From Thermodesulfobacteriota bacterium (GTDB lineage Bacteria; Desulfobacterota_D; UBA1144; Nemesobacterales; UBA2774), in NCBI GenBank assembly GCA_963422265.1, contig OY729416.1:661681-725680 (forward strand): 64,000 nt of DNA, written 5' to 3'. Shown here piece by piece: positions 29,716 through 39,385 of the stretch. The translations under genes were made by a program, and so were the position numbers. The notes under the pieces are model-generated. The model did no database searches, was not told the DNA's origin, and saw nothing but the letters and a program-made list of their open reading frames with translations. Numbering within the stretch: the stretch's first letter is position 1; every line of letters starts with the position of its first letter.

Positions 29716-30845
29716 CTGACGTTCCTTATACTAGACAGCCTCTTGGCTTCTAAAACGCCTTTCCTCGTAAGAGCCCATTCATCTGAATTTACACGACTAA
29801 CCAAACCCCGCTCTTCAAGCTTCTTGAGCCCGCTTTCTACTCCCCCTCGTCCAGCATTCATTATCTTTAGAACCGACGTTGAATGGGGACGTTCAGGATC
29901 GTAATGCCTAACCGCTAATGAATAAAGGTCATCTAATATGCCTTCAAGACGAAGATTTCCCCTATTTTTCCGCTCATCCCACCACTTCCAGAAGAGCCCC
30001 CTCGCTGGGGCTAGGAGAATTGAAACAATAACTATAGAGCTTATACAAAGCACTATGGTCGGGCCGGTTGGCATCCTTGCAATCAAACTGCTTAGCAGCG
30101 CCCCCACAATCCCCGCTACAGCCCCGAACAGCGATGATAACATAATCATCAAACCAAGCCGGTCAGTCCACTGTCTGGCTGCTGCGGCTGGGGCAACTAT
30201 CATAGCACTCATAAGTATGACGCCAACCGTCTGGAGACCTAAAACTATTGCAACTACTATCAAAGTAGTCAATAAAACGTCAAGAACACGGATAGGATAC
30301 CCTATTGTCGCACCAAACTCGGGATCAAAACTGAGAAGCTTAAACTCCTTCCAGAAGAGAAATACTGCAAAAATTGCGATTCCTCCCAGAATAGACATTG
30401 TTATTACGTCACGTTCAAGTAGCGCCGCTGCCTGACCGAAAAGAAATTTATCAAGCCCTGCCTGCGTTGCGTCAGGTCTTTTTTGGATTATGGTTAAAAG
30501 CACAAGACCAACTCCGAAAAAAACGGATAGCGTCATTCCCAGGGCGGTATCATATTTTATCCTAGTTGATCTGACGATAACGATGATAAAAATCGTCGCT
30601 ATCCACCCCGTAGCCATCGCCCCCAGAATTAGCACCAAAGTAAATTTGCTTCCGGTAAGGAGAAACGCTAAGGCAATACCGGGCAAAGCCGCATGGGAAA
30701 TAGCGTCTCCCAAAAGGCTCTGCTTCCTAAGTAAAGCATAAGCGCCTAATGCTCCGCTAACCATGCCCAATACAGCGGAGCCTAAAGCTACCGTGCGTAG
30801 CGTATAGTCAAAAAGAAGGTCGCTAAAAAGATTTAGTATATACAA
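29712..30845 (-). CDS. Metal ABC transporter permease with C-terminal winged-helix-like extension
   Basis: ABC-3 permease core plus a C-terminal tail of about 95 aa (LRLEGILDDLYSLAV…HSTSVLKIMNAGRGGVESGLKKLEERGLVSR…ALTRKG) resembling a DtxR/MarR-type wHTH. Confidence 0.85.
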   Translation of the reverse strand: MYILNLFSDLLFDYTLRTVALGSAVLGMVSGALGAYALLRKQSLLGDAISHAALPGIALAFLLTGSKFTLVLILGAMATGWIATIFIIVIVRSTRIKYDTALGMTLSVFFGVGLVLLTIIQKRPDATQAGLDKFLFGQAAALLERDVITMSILGGIAIFAVFLFWKEFKLLSFDPEFGATIGYPIRVLDVLLTTLIVVAIVLGLQTVGVILMSAMIVAPAAAARQWTDRLGLMIMLSSLFGAVAGIVGALLSSLIARMPTGPTIVLCISSIVIVSILLAPARGLFWKWWDERKNRGNLRLEGILDDLYSLAVRHYDPERPHSTSVLKIMNAGRGGVESGLKKLEERGLVSRVNSDEWALTRKGVLEAKRLSSIRNVR

Positions 30846-30846
30846 A

Positions 30847-31638
30847 TTAGACTCTCCCGATTTCAGAGCCTTTTGTTAAACTAGAGCCTTTGATTTGGTT
30901 ACTATCTTTTAAGAAAGACACGCGTCCACCGTAGGTAAGGCGCAGGTTATCCTCGGTAAAAACGTCGCTAACGGCGCCGCTCGCCATGAGGCACACGTTT
31001 AGAAGCGTCACCCAATCAAAATACTCGGGAACCGTTTGGAGATCGTGATGAACGACAACAACGGTTTTTCCGCCCGAGCGTAATTCTTGAAGTAAAGATA
31101 TTATGGCGCGTTCTGTAGTCGCGTCTACCCCTTGAAAAGGCTCGTCCATAAGATATATCTGGGCATCCTGCACGAGTGCACGTGCAAGGAAAACACGTTG
31201 CTGCTGCCCACCCGAAAGCTGGCTTATCTGACGCCCCGCATAATCAGACATCCCCACTTTTTCAAGGGCTTCAAGAGCCATTTTAAGCTCCTTTGTCCCA
31301 GGCCTTTTTATCCACCCTAAAGCCCCATAACGACCCATCATAACCACGTCCCTCACGCTAGTCGGAAAATCCCAGTCAACGCTACCCCTCTGCGGAACGT
31401 AACCTACAAGCCGACGGTTCTTAGAATATGACTCGCCGTATATAAGCACCCTACCCGCAGCGGCGTTAACCAGATTAAGGATCGATTTTATTAAGGTAGT
31501 CTTGCCAGCCCCGTTGGGACCTACGATTGACATAAGCACGCCTTCTGGCACGTGAAGGTCAACATCCCAAAGAACGGGTTTTTCTTTATACGCCACCGTT
31601 AAATCTTCAATTTCAATTGCTCCGCGCTTCATTTTCAT
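30847..31638 (-). CDS. Metal ABC transporter ATP-binding protein
   Basis: 263 aa with Walker [10 protein letters not shown], signature LSGGQQQR, Walker B IYLMDEP. Confidence 0.9.
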   Translation of the reverse strand: MKMKRGAIEIEDLTVAYKEKPVLWDVDLHVPEGVLMSIVGPNGAGKTTLIKSILNLVNAAAGRVLIYGESYSKNRRLVGYVPQRGSVDWDFPTSVRDVVMMGRYGALGWIKRPGTKELKMALEALEKVGMSDYAGRQISQLSGGQQQRVFLARALVQDAQIYLMDEPFQGVDATTERAIISLLQELRSGGKTVVVVHHDLQTVPEYFDWVTLLNVCLMASGAVSDVFTEDNLRLTYGGRVSFLKDSNQIKGSSLTKGSEIGRV

Positions 31639-31765
31639 CTTTTGCCTTTGTCTTTCATTCTTCTCATTTTTTCATTTGCAAACTAACGCAGACGAAAATA
31701 GGTGTAAATACGAGGGTTCATCCCTCTACCCTACAGGCCTTGTTTCAGCATCTACCGGGCGGTTT

Positions 31766-32728
31766 TCAAAACCGCTCCTTGCTCTTAAGGGCATTCACAA
31801 TCGTACCGACGTTGTAGCGAACCATACCGATATAATTACCCTCGGGCTTACCCGGATTACCCATCGCGTCTGAGAAAAGCTTTCCACCAATCTCTACACT
31901 AAATCCTTTTGCCTTTACCGATGCCTGCACCGCCTCTATGTACTTAGGCTGCACGGAAGACTCAATGAAAATCGCAGGGATTTGCCTCTCCACAATAAAA
32001 TAGGCGAGCGATTGGACGTCTGCAGTGCCTGCCTCAGATTCCGTGCTTATTCCCTGAAGTCCCCTCACTTCAAATCCATAGCCTTTACCAAAATAATTAA
32101 AGGCGTCATGGGCAGTTACAAGAACCCTTCTCTCTTTAGGAAGGGTTTCAATCATGGCTTTTACATGCTCGTTAAGTCTTGAAAGCTCAGCCAGATAAGC
32201 TAGCGCATTTCGGCTATAAATAGCTGCGTTGTCCCTATCTTCTTTACTTAGATTATCTCTTACCGATCCTACAACGTCCATCCATAAAGCTACGTCAAAC
32301 CATACGTGGGGATCGTAGTTGCCCTTAAACTCAGGCGGGGCTAAAAGTCTACCTCGGGAAATTCCGTCCGTAACCGCAACGGTATCTATCCGGCGTTTTT
32401 CCATCCGCTCGAATACTTCCGACATCTTACCCTCTAAATGAAGTCCGTTATAGAAAATTATATCCGCCTTAGATAATAGAGCGACGTCTCCTGCACTCGC
32501 CTTGTAAAGATGAGGATCAACCCCCGGGCCCATAAGACATTTAACTTCTACTCTATCCCCACCAACTATCCGGACCACATCGGCTATCATCCCAGTGGTA
32601 GCAACTACGTTAAGGACATTTCCGTCAGCTTCATTGCTTTTAGATCGTCCACCATTATTATCTGCAAAACAGGATGAAAGTGTCACTGCTAACAAGAGTA
32701 ATAACGGTATAAAAATATTGTGGTTCAT
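31766..32728 (-). CDS. Metal ABC transporter substrate-binding lipoprotein (TroA/ZnuA/MntC cluster 9)
   Basis: 320 aa with lipoprotein signal (LSSC lipobox) and TroA-like fold with His/Asp metal ligands (DPHVW, HDAF). Confidence 0.85.
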   Translation of the reverse strand: MNHNIFIPLLLLLAVTLSSCFADNNGGRSKSNEADGNVLNVVATTGMIADVVRIVGGDRVEVKCLMGPGVDPHLYKASAGDVALLSKADIIFYNGLHLEGKMSEVFERMEKRRIDTVAVTDGISRGRLLAPPEFKGNYDPHVWFDVALWMDVVGSVRDNLSKEDRDNAAIYSRNALAYLAELSRLNEHVKAMIETLPKERRVLVTAHDAFNYFGKGYGFEVRGLQGISTESEAGTADVQSLAYFIVERQIPAIFIESSVQPKYIEAVQASVKAKGFSVEIGGKLFSDAMGNPGKPEGNYIGMVRYNVGTIVNALKSKERF

Positions 32729-32729
32729 C

Positions 32730-33464
32730 TTATATCACCTCGTCAGGCACTCCAGTAGCACCGGTAACAAATACGTGCCGCGCCGCTTCTATCCCTAGTA
32801 TGTGGCTAATATCTTCAACCTTTATCGTTATGGGCCCTCCAAAAGGCTCTATTGAGATAACCTCTACCTCGGTTTTCGGATAAAGACCCATTTGGGCTAT
32901 GTATCTAAGAAGGTTTGGATCATGGTCACTCACCTCAACCACGACTCCTGACTGACCTGGATTAAGATCGGCAAGCGGTATGGAATCAATCTCTATTATG
33001 GTGCCGTCCCTACTAGGAATGGGTGAGCCATGAGGATCCCTAGTCGGGTGACCGAGAACGGCGTCCATACGGTTTTCCAAGTCTTCGGACAACACGTGCT
33101 CCCACGTTTCTGCCTCCTGATGAACTCGATCCCAAGGCACCCCCAAGGCTTCCGCTAGGTAAAGCTCAATCAATCTATGATGTCTTATTATCTCAAGGGC
33201 TATTTTTCGACCTGCCTTCGTAAGTTTAACTCCCTGATAAAGTTTATGAGTAATTAGCTTTTTCTCAGATAATTTTTTAATCATACTAGTAACGGACGCA
33301 GGCGCTACTCCTAACTTTCTAGACAGAGAGCTAGTGCTTACATGTTTCTCTTCTTTCTGAATCTCGTATATGGCTTTTAAGTAATCCTCAATTGATTCCG
33401 TGTACATTAATAATCTCCAAGACGCTTTCTCAACGGATTGGGGGTTTCCTCCAACGTTATTCAC
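32730..33464 (-). CDS. DtxR/MntR-family metal-dependent repressor with C-terminal FeoA/SH3-like domain
   Basis: N-terminal wHTH (EDYLKAIYEIQKE…VSTSSLSRKLGVAPASVTSMIKKL), metal-binding/dimerisation region, and a C-terminal FeoA-like domain. First gene of the metal-uptake operon. Confidence 0.85.
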   Translation of the reverse strand: MNNVGGNPQSVEKASWRLLMYTESIEDYLKAIYEIQKEEKHVSTSSLSRKLGVAPASVTSMIKKLSEKKLITHKLYQGVKLTKAGRKIALEIIRHHRLIELYLAEALGVPWDRVHQEAETWEHVLSEDLENRMDAVLGHPTRDPHGSPIPSRDGTIIEIDSIPLADLNPGQSGVVVEVSDHDPNLLRYIAQMGLYPKTEVEVISIEPFGGPITIKVEDISHILGIEAARHVFVTGATGVPDEVI

Positions 33465-33530
33465 CTCTACTAAAATTAACTGCTACCAAAGGATCTCCCT
33501 TGAAAAAATATTTTAGTACATAAAAACATA

Positions 33531-33552
33531 GATTTTAGACATGCCTAAAAAC
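33531..33552. promoter_or_regulatory. Candidate DtxR-family operator (palindrome GATTTTAGacatgcCTAAAAAC)
   Basis: Near-perfect 8-bp inverted repeat with TTAG/CTAA half-sites, 67-88 bp upstream of the DtxR-family regulator start in the divergent promoter region. Confidence 0.4.
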
Positions 33553-33638
33553 TATGTTAAAAAAAGAAATTTGTCAAGCTAGAACACAGGCCATATTATA
33601 TTATAAAAGTAAGGTAAATTTCCTTTTCTGTTGACGAT

Positions 33639-34502
33639 TTGCAGGACACTCAGGACACTATGGTTACGTCCGTAAAAGCAAACCATAGAGAGGCGCCACC
33701 AATGAGTAGAGTTCTGTTACTAGTCTTTATAGCTTTTGGGGTTATTGGGGGTTGTGGAGTAGGTAATATCCGCTCGGATAAAGAAAAAGTTAGAACTCCG
33801 ATATACAGTTACAGAATTATCAACGCCTATAACCACGATGACAGGGCTTTCACTCAGGGATTAGCCTTTGATAACGGCACTTTTTATGAAAGCACCGGAC
33901 TACACGGTAAATCAACCATAAGGAAGGTTGACTTTAGAACGGGAAAAGTGCTTAAATCCTACAAACTGCCCAACAAGTATTTCGGTGAGGGAATAGCAAT
34001 TGTGGGTAACGAGATAATACAAATTACCTGGAAGTCAAAAATCGGATTTGTATATGACAAAAATACGTTTAACCACCTAAAAACCTTTCACTATAACTCT
34101 CAGGGGTGGGGTCTCACCTATGACGGCAATTACTTAATTATGAGCGACGGGAGCGAGACTCTGCGCTTCTTGCACCCTAAGACTTTCAATTTAGTCAGGA
34201 AACTAAACGTGCATGACGACAACGGAACCGTTAAAAAATTAAACGAGCTTGAATACGTCCCACGCGCCAATGGAGGAGAAATTTTAGCCAATATTTGGCA
34301 ATCTGACAGTATAGCTAGAATAGACCCCGTGAACGGACGCGTTAAGGGATGGATAGACATTAGTAACCTGCTAAACGAAGATGATGTTAAAAAACCGGCG
34401 GACGGACCAAACGGAATAGCTTATGACTCTGGAAATAAGCGGCTATTTGTTACCGGAAAATTCTGGCCTAAAGTCTTTGAGATTGAGTTGGTTTTAGATT
34501 AG
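33639..34502 (+). CDS. Glutaminyl-peptide cyclotransferase (plant/bacterial beta-propeller type)
   Basis: 287 aa with a signal/TM segment then a QC beta-propeller signature (FTQGL…ESTGLHGKS…GEGIA…WGLT). Confidence 0.75.
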   Translation: MQDTQDTMVTSVKANHREAPPMSRVLLLVFIAFGVIGGCGVGNIRSDKEKVRTPIYSYRIINAYNHDDRAFTQGLAFDNGTFYESTGLHGKSTIRKVDFRTGKVLKSYKLPNKYFGEGIAIVGNEIIQITWKSKIGFVYDKNTFNHLKTFHYNSQGWGLTYDGNYLIMSDGSETLRFLHPKTFNLVRKLNVHDDNGTVKKLNELEYVPRANGGEILANIWQSDSIARIDPVNGRVKGWIDISNLLNEDDVKKPADGPNGIAYDSGNKRLFVTGKFWPKVFEIELVLD

Positions 34503-35388
34503 ATATTCTCTCAAGCGCGAGTAGCAAAGCCTGAGTGCCCTTACGCCCATGTCCCTGAGCTTTTGTAGCGATGTAAAGTTGATGCACTAATGACAGTCCG
34601 GGTAGGACAATACCCATCCTTTGGGACTCTTTAAGGGCAATTCCCATATCCTTAATAAAATGCTCAACGTAAAAACCCGGTCTGAAGTCCCTACTTACGA
34701 TTCTAGGCGCCAGATTATCCAGCATCCAGCAGGCGGCAGCCCCTTTGCTAATGGAGCTAAGCATAGTGTTCACGTCTAGTCCTGCTCTATAAGCGTAAAG
34801 CAAGGTCTCACACGTGCCTATCATAATCCCGGTTGCCATTATCTGATTGCACATTTTGGCGTGTTGTCCCTTCCCAGCTTTTCCTTGATGCACTATATTC
34901 TTTCCCATAAGCCTAAGCAAAGGCATAATTTCTCGAATCGCTCCCTTATCACCCCCGATCATTATAGAGAGCGTCCCTGCCCTAGCACCAATATCGCCAC
35001 CCGAAACGGGCGCGTCAATGGCGGCTACCCTAAGATTTTTAGCGTAATTGTAAATCTCCTCGGCAAGAGATGGTTCAGTCGTCGTCATATCAACCAATGT
35101 GCTTCCCTCTTTAACGCCTTCAAACAAACCATTCTTTTCAAAATAGACCTCTCGGACATCTTTCGGGAAACCAATTATTGTAAATATAACGTTAGACCTT
35201 TCAGCTACCTGCTTCGGAGACTTTGCCCATTCAGCCCCTTTGTCAAGCAACTGCTTCGCCTTTTTTTTCGTACGATTATAAACAACCACTTTATAACCCT
35301 TGTCAGTTAAATGCACACACATGGCGTTTCCCATAACGCCCGTTCCAATCCAGCCTATATTCGTTCTTGACGTGCTCACCCTAATCAT
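34468..35388 (-). CDS. NAD(P)-dependent 3-hydroxyisobutyrate/6-phosphogluconate dehydrogenase-family oxidoreductase
   Basis: N-terminal Rossmann GWIGTGVMG plus a 6PGDH C-terminal helical domain. 306 aa. Confidence 0.8.
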   Translation of the reverse strand: MIRVSTSRTNIGWIGTGVMGNAMCVHLTDKGYKVVVYNRTKKKAKQLLDKGAEWAKSPKQVAERSNVIFTIIGFPKDVREVYFEKNGLFEGVKEGSTLVDMTTTEPSLAEEIYNYAKNLRVAAIDAPVSGGDIGARAGTLSIMIGGDKGAIREIMPLLRLMGKNIVHQGKAGKGQHAKMCNQIMATGIMIGTCETLLYAYRAGLDVNTMLSSISKGAAACWMLDNLAPRIVSRDFRPGFYVEHFIKDMGIALKESQRMGIVLPGLSLVHQLYIATKAQGHGRKGTQALLLALERISNLKPTQSQRL

Positions 35389-35553
35389 ACCTTCCTCCCT
35401 TTAATAGAGATAATATCAATTGAGAGCGGTGATGTAAATAATCAAACTACGCACAATTGTCTTTGCCCAAAATCTATGTAAAACTTAAATAAGTCAAGAA
35501 TCAAAGAATGTTAGGCGCTAACACTTTATCTGCGTAATCCGCGAATTGATAAT

Positions 35554-38214
35554 ATGCCCGAGCTCACCGCTAAACAGAAAGAAATAATTCAAGGCAAGGA
35601 GAATATACTGGTAATGGCAAATCCGGGCACTGGTAAAACATTTATTCTCTCAAGTAAATTCTTATCCGCCATCCAGAATGGAGTCCGTCCGGAACAAATC
35701 CTCTGCCTTACGTTTACCGATAAAGCAAGGCAAGAAATGGAGAGCCGCATTGTCCGATTGCTTTTGGAGAACCAGATAAGGATCGATTCCTCTAAACTAC
35801 AGATAAAAACGTTTCATTCCTACGCTATGGAAAAACTGGAACAGCCGCCTATTATACCGTCTAACTTCCTAAGGTTCACCATATTTGAATACATAAAAGA
35901 AAACCACTTATTTGACTACGAACCATCCTACCTGATCTCGGAGATAGCATCTAAAATTGAGAGACTAATCCTTTTCTTAAAATCATTCGGTATAACCCCT
36001 GATAAGATAGATTTGGAGAAAACCAAATCCCTCCTTCAAAACGCGGATGAAACTAAGCTTGACGAAAAACACAAATTCGCAGAGGAGTTTGTAACTATAT
36101 TTAATGATTACGAAAAGACTAAATCAGAGAAGGGTGTGGACTACACAGACTTGTTGATTAAATTCCTAGCACTTAAAAACATACCTAAGCATAAACTCGT
36201 TCTTGTTGACGAACTTCAAGACCTAAACAGAATGGAAGCTGATATTGCCCTAAAGTCATCAAAAGAATTTTTCGCTGTCGGGGATAAAAAGCAAGCTATA
36301 TTTGGATTTCAAGGAGGCTCAATCACAAATTTCGACCTCTTTCAGAGTAACTCAAGACAGTTCGTCCTATCAGACAATTTTAGGAGCACGGATGCAATTT
36401 TAAACTACGCAAAAGACTATTTCCTTTCTAAAACTAAAGACCCTTCTCATAAAAAAGAGCTTGAAGATTTGAAAAGTGCCGATGGAAGAAGAGGCGATCC
36501 GCCAATTATCTACAAGGCTAAAAAAGAATTTATTCCAGATATAGCTAGTGAGCTATTAAAAAGATACGCGCAAGAACAAGGCCACATTGCCGTTATTACA
36601 AGAACCAATCGTCAGATTACGGAAATATCAAAGCGCTTGACTAACAATGGAATAAACCATTCATCAACCTGTCTGGTAGCCTCAGGAGACGCCAAATTAA
36701 ACGTTATACGGTTTCTAAAGGGTATCCTCAGCAACGATTTACTTGACGTTAGAAATGCCCTCTTTACGACTTTCGCGCCAGTGCCTTTGCGCACTGCTTT
36801 TGAGATCACCCAAATTACGGATTTAACGCTCGAGAAACTTGAGAGGCTCACTCCAGAGTTCGCCAACCTTAGGCAATTCGTTAAGTCGCTTGAGCACGTC
36901 AACGAGCTTTTTAAGAATAATATAATCCCCATAGCCGTATCACACGGGAGAGAATACTTTCTAGCGTCAACAAAAATCCAAGACGCCTTTCGAGAGTCGG
37001 TGGAATTTTTAAGCGACATAAAACTTGAAAACCTCATTGCTTATCTTGAGTCCACAAACTTAAATTACGAAGCGCCTGATACAGAGAGCAAAATTACTGT
37101 AACTACAATACATAAAGCTAAAGGAAGGGAGTTCGATACGGTTATCTACTTTCCAGGACAGACGAGCAATAAATCAAACTATCAGGATGAGGTTGTAGAA
37201 TCCATACTTAAAACTCATGGCATTGATGCTGGACAACAAATTTATGAAGAAGGGTTGCGGACTGACTTCGTAGCGTTCACCCGCGCCAAAAACAAGCTGG
37301 TAATTTTGAGCGACTCGTCACATAAGTTTATGAATCAATACGCCGTTGAAGGTAACTTATCATACAGGAATGAGGAGGGGATTCAGTTTAACGAATCTCA
37401 AAAAAAAGCCTACTCATTCTTCGTGGCGCGCGAGTTTGACAAAGCAAGAGAACTATTAGATAAAAAAGAGAAATGGATAACTGACTATGTGTTTAATTAT
37501 TTTAACGATCTAAATAACATTTCATTTTCATTTTTGATGGATAAGGCCTATGAATATCTTGTCACCTCTATACTCAGAATACGAGAGCAATCGGAGGCAA
37601 TCACGATTGGACTGGAAGTTCACAGAATTGCAGAAAAGATAGTTAACGAAGGTAACTGTGACTGCACCGACGACTTTAAGCCGCTCAAAGATAATATCAA
37701 CGCCCTAATTAGCTTAATAAAAAAGGAATATCCCGATAACTACGCCGCTGAGAAATTTATAAAGATTCCTCTGAATGAATTTATCGATACTGAAAAAGGC
37801 GGGGACATGTATTTCACAGGACATATAGACGCAATTTTTCAAAATGGAGATAACTATTTTATCATAGATTGGAAAACCGACCGCAACCAAAACAGGGGAA
37901 GCACTCATCGCCAACAGTTAGCGGCTTATAAGAGGGCTTTTTGCATTGCGCATAAGATAGATACAGATAAGGTCCGCGTTGGAATCTGCTTTGTTAGACT
38001 AAGATCGGCTTTGAATACAGGAGAGCTAAGTTATCTGCTTGATAATAAACAACCAAATAAGCGTGCTTTCGAAACGTTCTCAAAGCGATTAAATAAAGTG
38101 CTTAAATGGAAAAGAGACCCTGAATCTTTTCTTAGCGAATTAAGCGAGACGGAAAGGGGTGAAGCACTGTGGAGAAGCATTGTAGAGCAATATCTCAAGG
38201 AAAAAGCGGTATAG
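35554..38214 (+). CDS. UvrD/PcrA-like SF1 helicase fused to C-terminal PD-(D/E)XK RecB-type nuclease
   Basis: Walker A ANPGTGKTF, motif II VLVDELQDLN, motif III FAVGDKKQAIFGFQGG, motif V/VI TIHKAKGREFD. The C-terminal RecB nuclease motifs are GHIDAIF…IIDWKTD…QQLAAY, with flanking Cys (NCDC…C…C). Confidence 0.75.
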   Translation: MPELTAKQKEIIQGKENILVMANPGTGKTFILSSKFLSAIQNGVRPEQILCLTFTDKARQEMESRIVRLLLENQIRIDSSKLQIKTFHSYAMEKLEQPPIIPSNFLRFTIFEYIKENHLFDYEPSYLISEIASKIERLILFLKSFGITPDKIDLEKTKSLLQNADETKLDEKHKFAEEFVTIFNDYEKTKSEKGVDYTDLLIKFLALKNIPKHKLVLVDELQDLNRMEADIALKSSKEFFAVGDKKQAIFGFQGGSITNFDLFQSNSRQFVLSDNFRSTDAILNYAKDYFLSKTKDPSHKKELEDLKSADGRRGDPPIIYKAKKEFIPDIASELLKRYAQEQGHIAVITRTNRQITEISKRLTNNGINHSSTCLVASGDAKLNVIRFLKGILSNDLLDVRNALFTTFAPVPLRTAFEITQITDLTLEKLERLTPEFANLRQFVKSLEHVNELFKNNIIPIAVSHGREYFLASTKIQDAFRESVEFLSDIKLENLIAYLESTNLNYEAPDTESKITVTTIHKAKGREFDTVIYFPGQTSNKSNYQDEVVESILKTHGIDAGQQIYEEGLRTDFVAFTRAKNKLVILSDSSHKFMNQYAVEGNLSYRNEEGIQFNESQKKAYSFFVAREFDKARELLDKKEKWITDYVFNYFNDLNNISFSFLMDKAYEYLVTSILRIREQSEAITIGLEVHRIAEKIVNEGNCDCTDDFKPLKDNINALISLIKKEYPDNYAAEKFIKIPLNEFIDTEKGGDMYFTGHIDAIFQNGDNYFIIDWKTDRNQNRGSTHRQQLAAYKRAFCIAHKIDTDKVRVGICFVRLRSALNTGELSYLLDNKQPNKRAFETFSKRLNKVLKWKRDPESFLSELSETERGEALWRSIVEQYLKEKAV

Positions 38215-38301
38215 TTGGGTTTGACATAATTACCAGTATAGGTTCAATATACGTTCGTATAGATGAAGCACACGTTATGAATTGCACACAATCACTGAAC
38301 C

Positions 38302-38375
38302 GTCCCCGTAGCTCAGCAGGATAGAGCACAGGATTCCTAATCCTGGGGTCAGAGGTTCGAATCCTCTCGGGGACG
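38302..38375 (+). tRNA. tRNA-Arg (anticodon CCU)
   Basis: Manual cloverleaf fold: acceptor GTCCCCG/CGGGGAC, D-stem GCTC/GAGC, anticodon stem CAGGA/TCCTG with loop TTCCTAA, T-arm AGAGG-TTCGAAT-CCTCT. 74 nt, no encoded CCA. Confidence 0.85.
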
Positions 38376-38385
38376 CAGTTTCTTT

Positions 38386-39303
38386 ATGGATCAGATACAT
38401 ATAATTTTATTTTACAAATTCACCGACATAGCCAACCCTGAGGAGTTTGCCAAGTCGCACTTGAGTTTCTGTAAGGGAGAAGAGCTAGTAGGCAAAGTGC
38501 TAGTAGCAAACGAGGGCATCAACGGCTCGCTCTCAGGTTCTAAAGAGCAGGTTGGCAAATATAAAAGATACCTGACGGGAATAGAACAATTCTCGGACGT
38601 AGTTTTTAGAGAGGAGACTTGCTCGTTTCATCCATTTAAGAAAATGGTAGTCCGCGTTAAAAATGAAATAATAAGAATGGAGCAAGAACTAGATTTAACT
38701 AAAAGAGGAAAATACATAACTCCTGAAGAATTACTTGAGCTTTATGAGACCGATGAAGACTTCATAATCCTAGATGCGCGAAATAGATATGAATCGGAGG
38801 TAGGAAGGTTCAAGAACGCTATTACCCCTGACATAGAAACCTTTAGAGAATTTCCGGAAGCACTTAAATCGTTTAGCAAAGTAAAGGACAAAAAAATTGT
38901 CACCTACTGCACAGGTGGAATAAGGTGTGAAAAAGCTACCGCATACATGTTAAAAGAAGGTTTTACAAATGTTTATCAGCTTAAAGGCGGTATTATAAAC
39001 TTTTGCCAGAAACATCATAACACAGTTTGGAATGGAAAATGCTTTGTATTTGATCAAAGACTAATCTCAGACGTCGATCCAGAAAGTGGCTCAATCACAA
39101 CATGCGTTTCTTGCAACGAGAGTTGCGACAAGTATCGGAACTGTAAACACGTTGCCTGCGACAATCTGATAATACTATGTGATCTTTGCACTCACAGACT
39201 GAATGGATGCTGTTCTCAGGCTTGCGCTGAAGAATACAGCTCTCATGTAACTAAAAAATCACAAGAAAGACAAGCCCATCATCTTTTAAGAGAAGTTAAG
39301 TAG
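38386..39303 (+). CDS. trhO: Rhodanese-domain tRNA uridine(34) hydroxylase TrhO (YceA/UPF0176)
   Basis: N-terminal YceA-like domain, rhodanese domain with active-site CTGGIRC, and a Cys-rich C-terminal tail. Confidence 0.75.
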   Translation: MDQIHIILFYKFTDIANPEEFAKSHLSFCKGEELVGKVLVANEGINGSLSGSKEQVGKYKRYLTGIEQFSDVVFREETCSFHPFKKMVVRVKNEIIRMEQELDLTKRGKYITPEELLELYETDEDFIILDARNRYESEVGRFKNAITPDIETFREFPEALKSFSKVKDKKIVTYCTGGIRCEKATAYMLKEGFTNVYQLKGGIINFCQKHHNTVWNGKCFVFDQRLISDVDPESGSITTCVSCNESCDKYRNCKHVACDNLIILCDLCTHRLNGCCSQACAEEYSSHVTKKSQERQAHHLLREVK

Positions 39304-39385
39304 AACCAAGAAGAGCGCTAGATTCCTCGGCTATGCGCAAGTAATGATAATAAGCAGTGGCATACCCTTAGGTTAGATGTCATAA

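Noticed and set aside
38215-38301. TTGACA hexamer upstream of tRNA-Arg, considered as a promoter
   Set aside because: TTGACA at 38224 has no convincing -10 at 16-18 nt spacing, so the promoter assignment is not supported.
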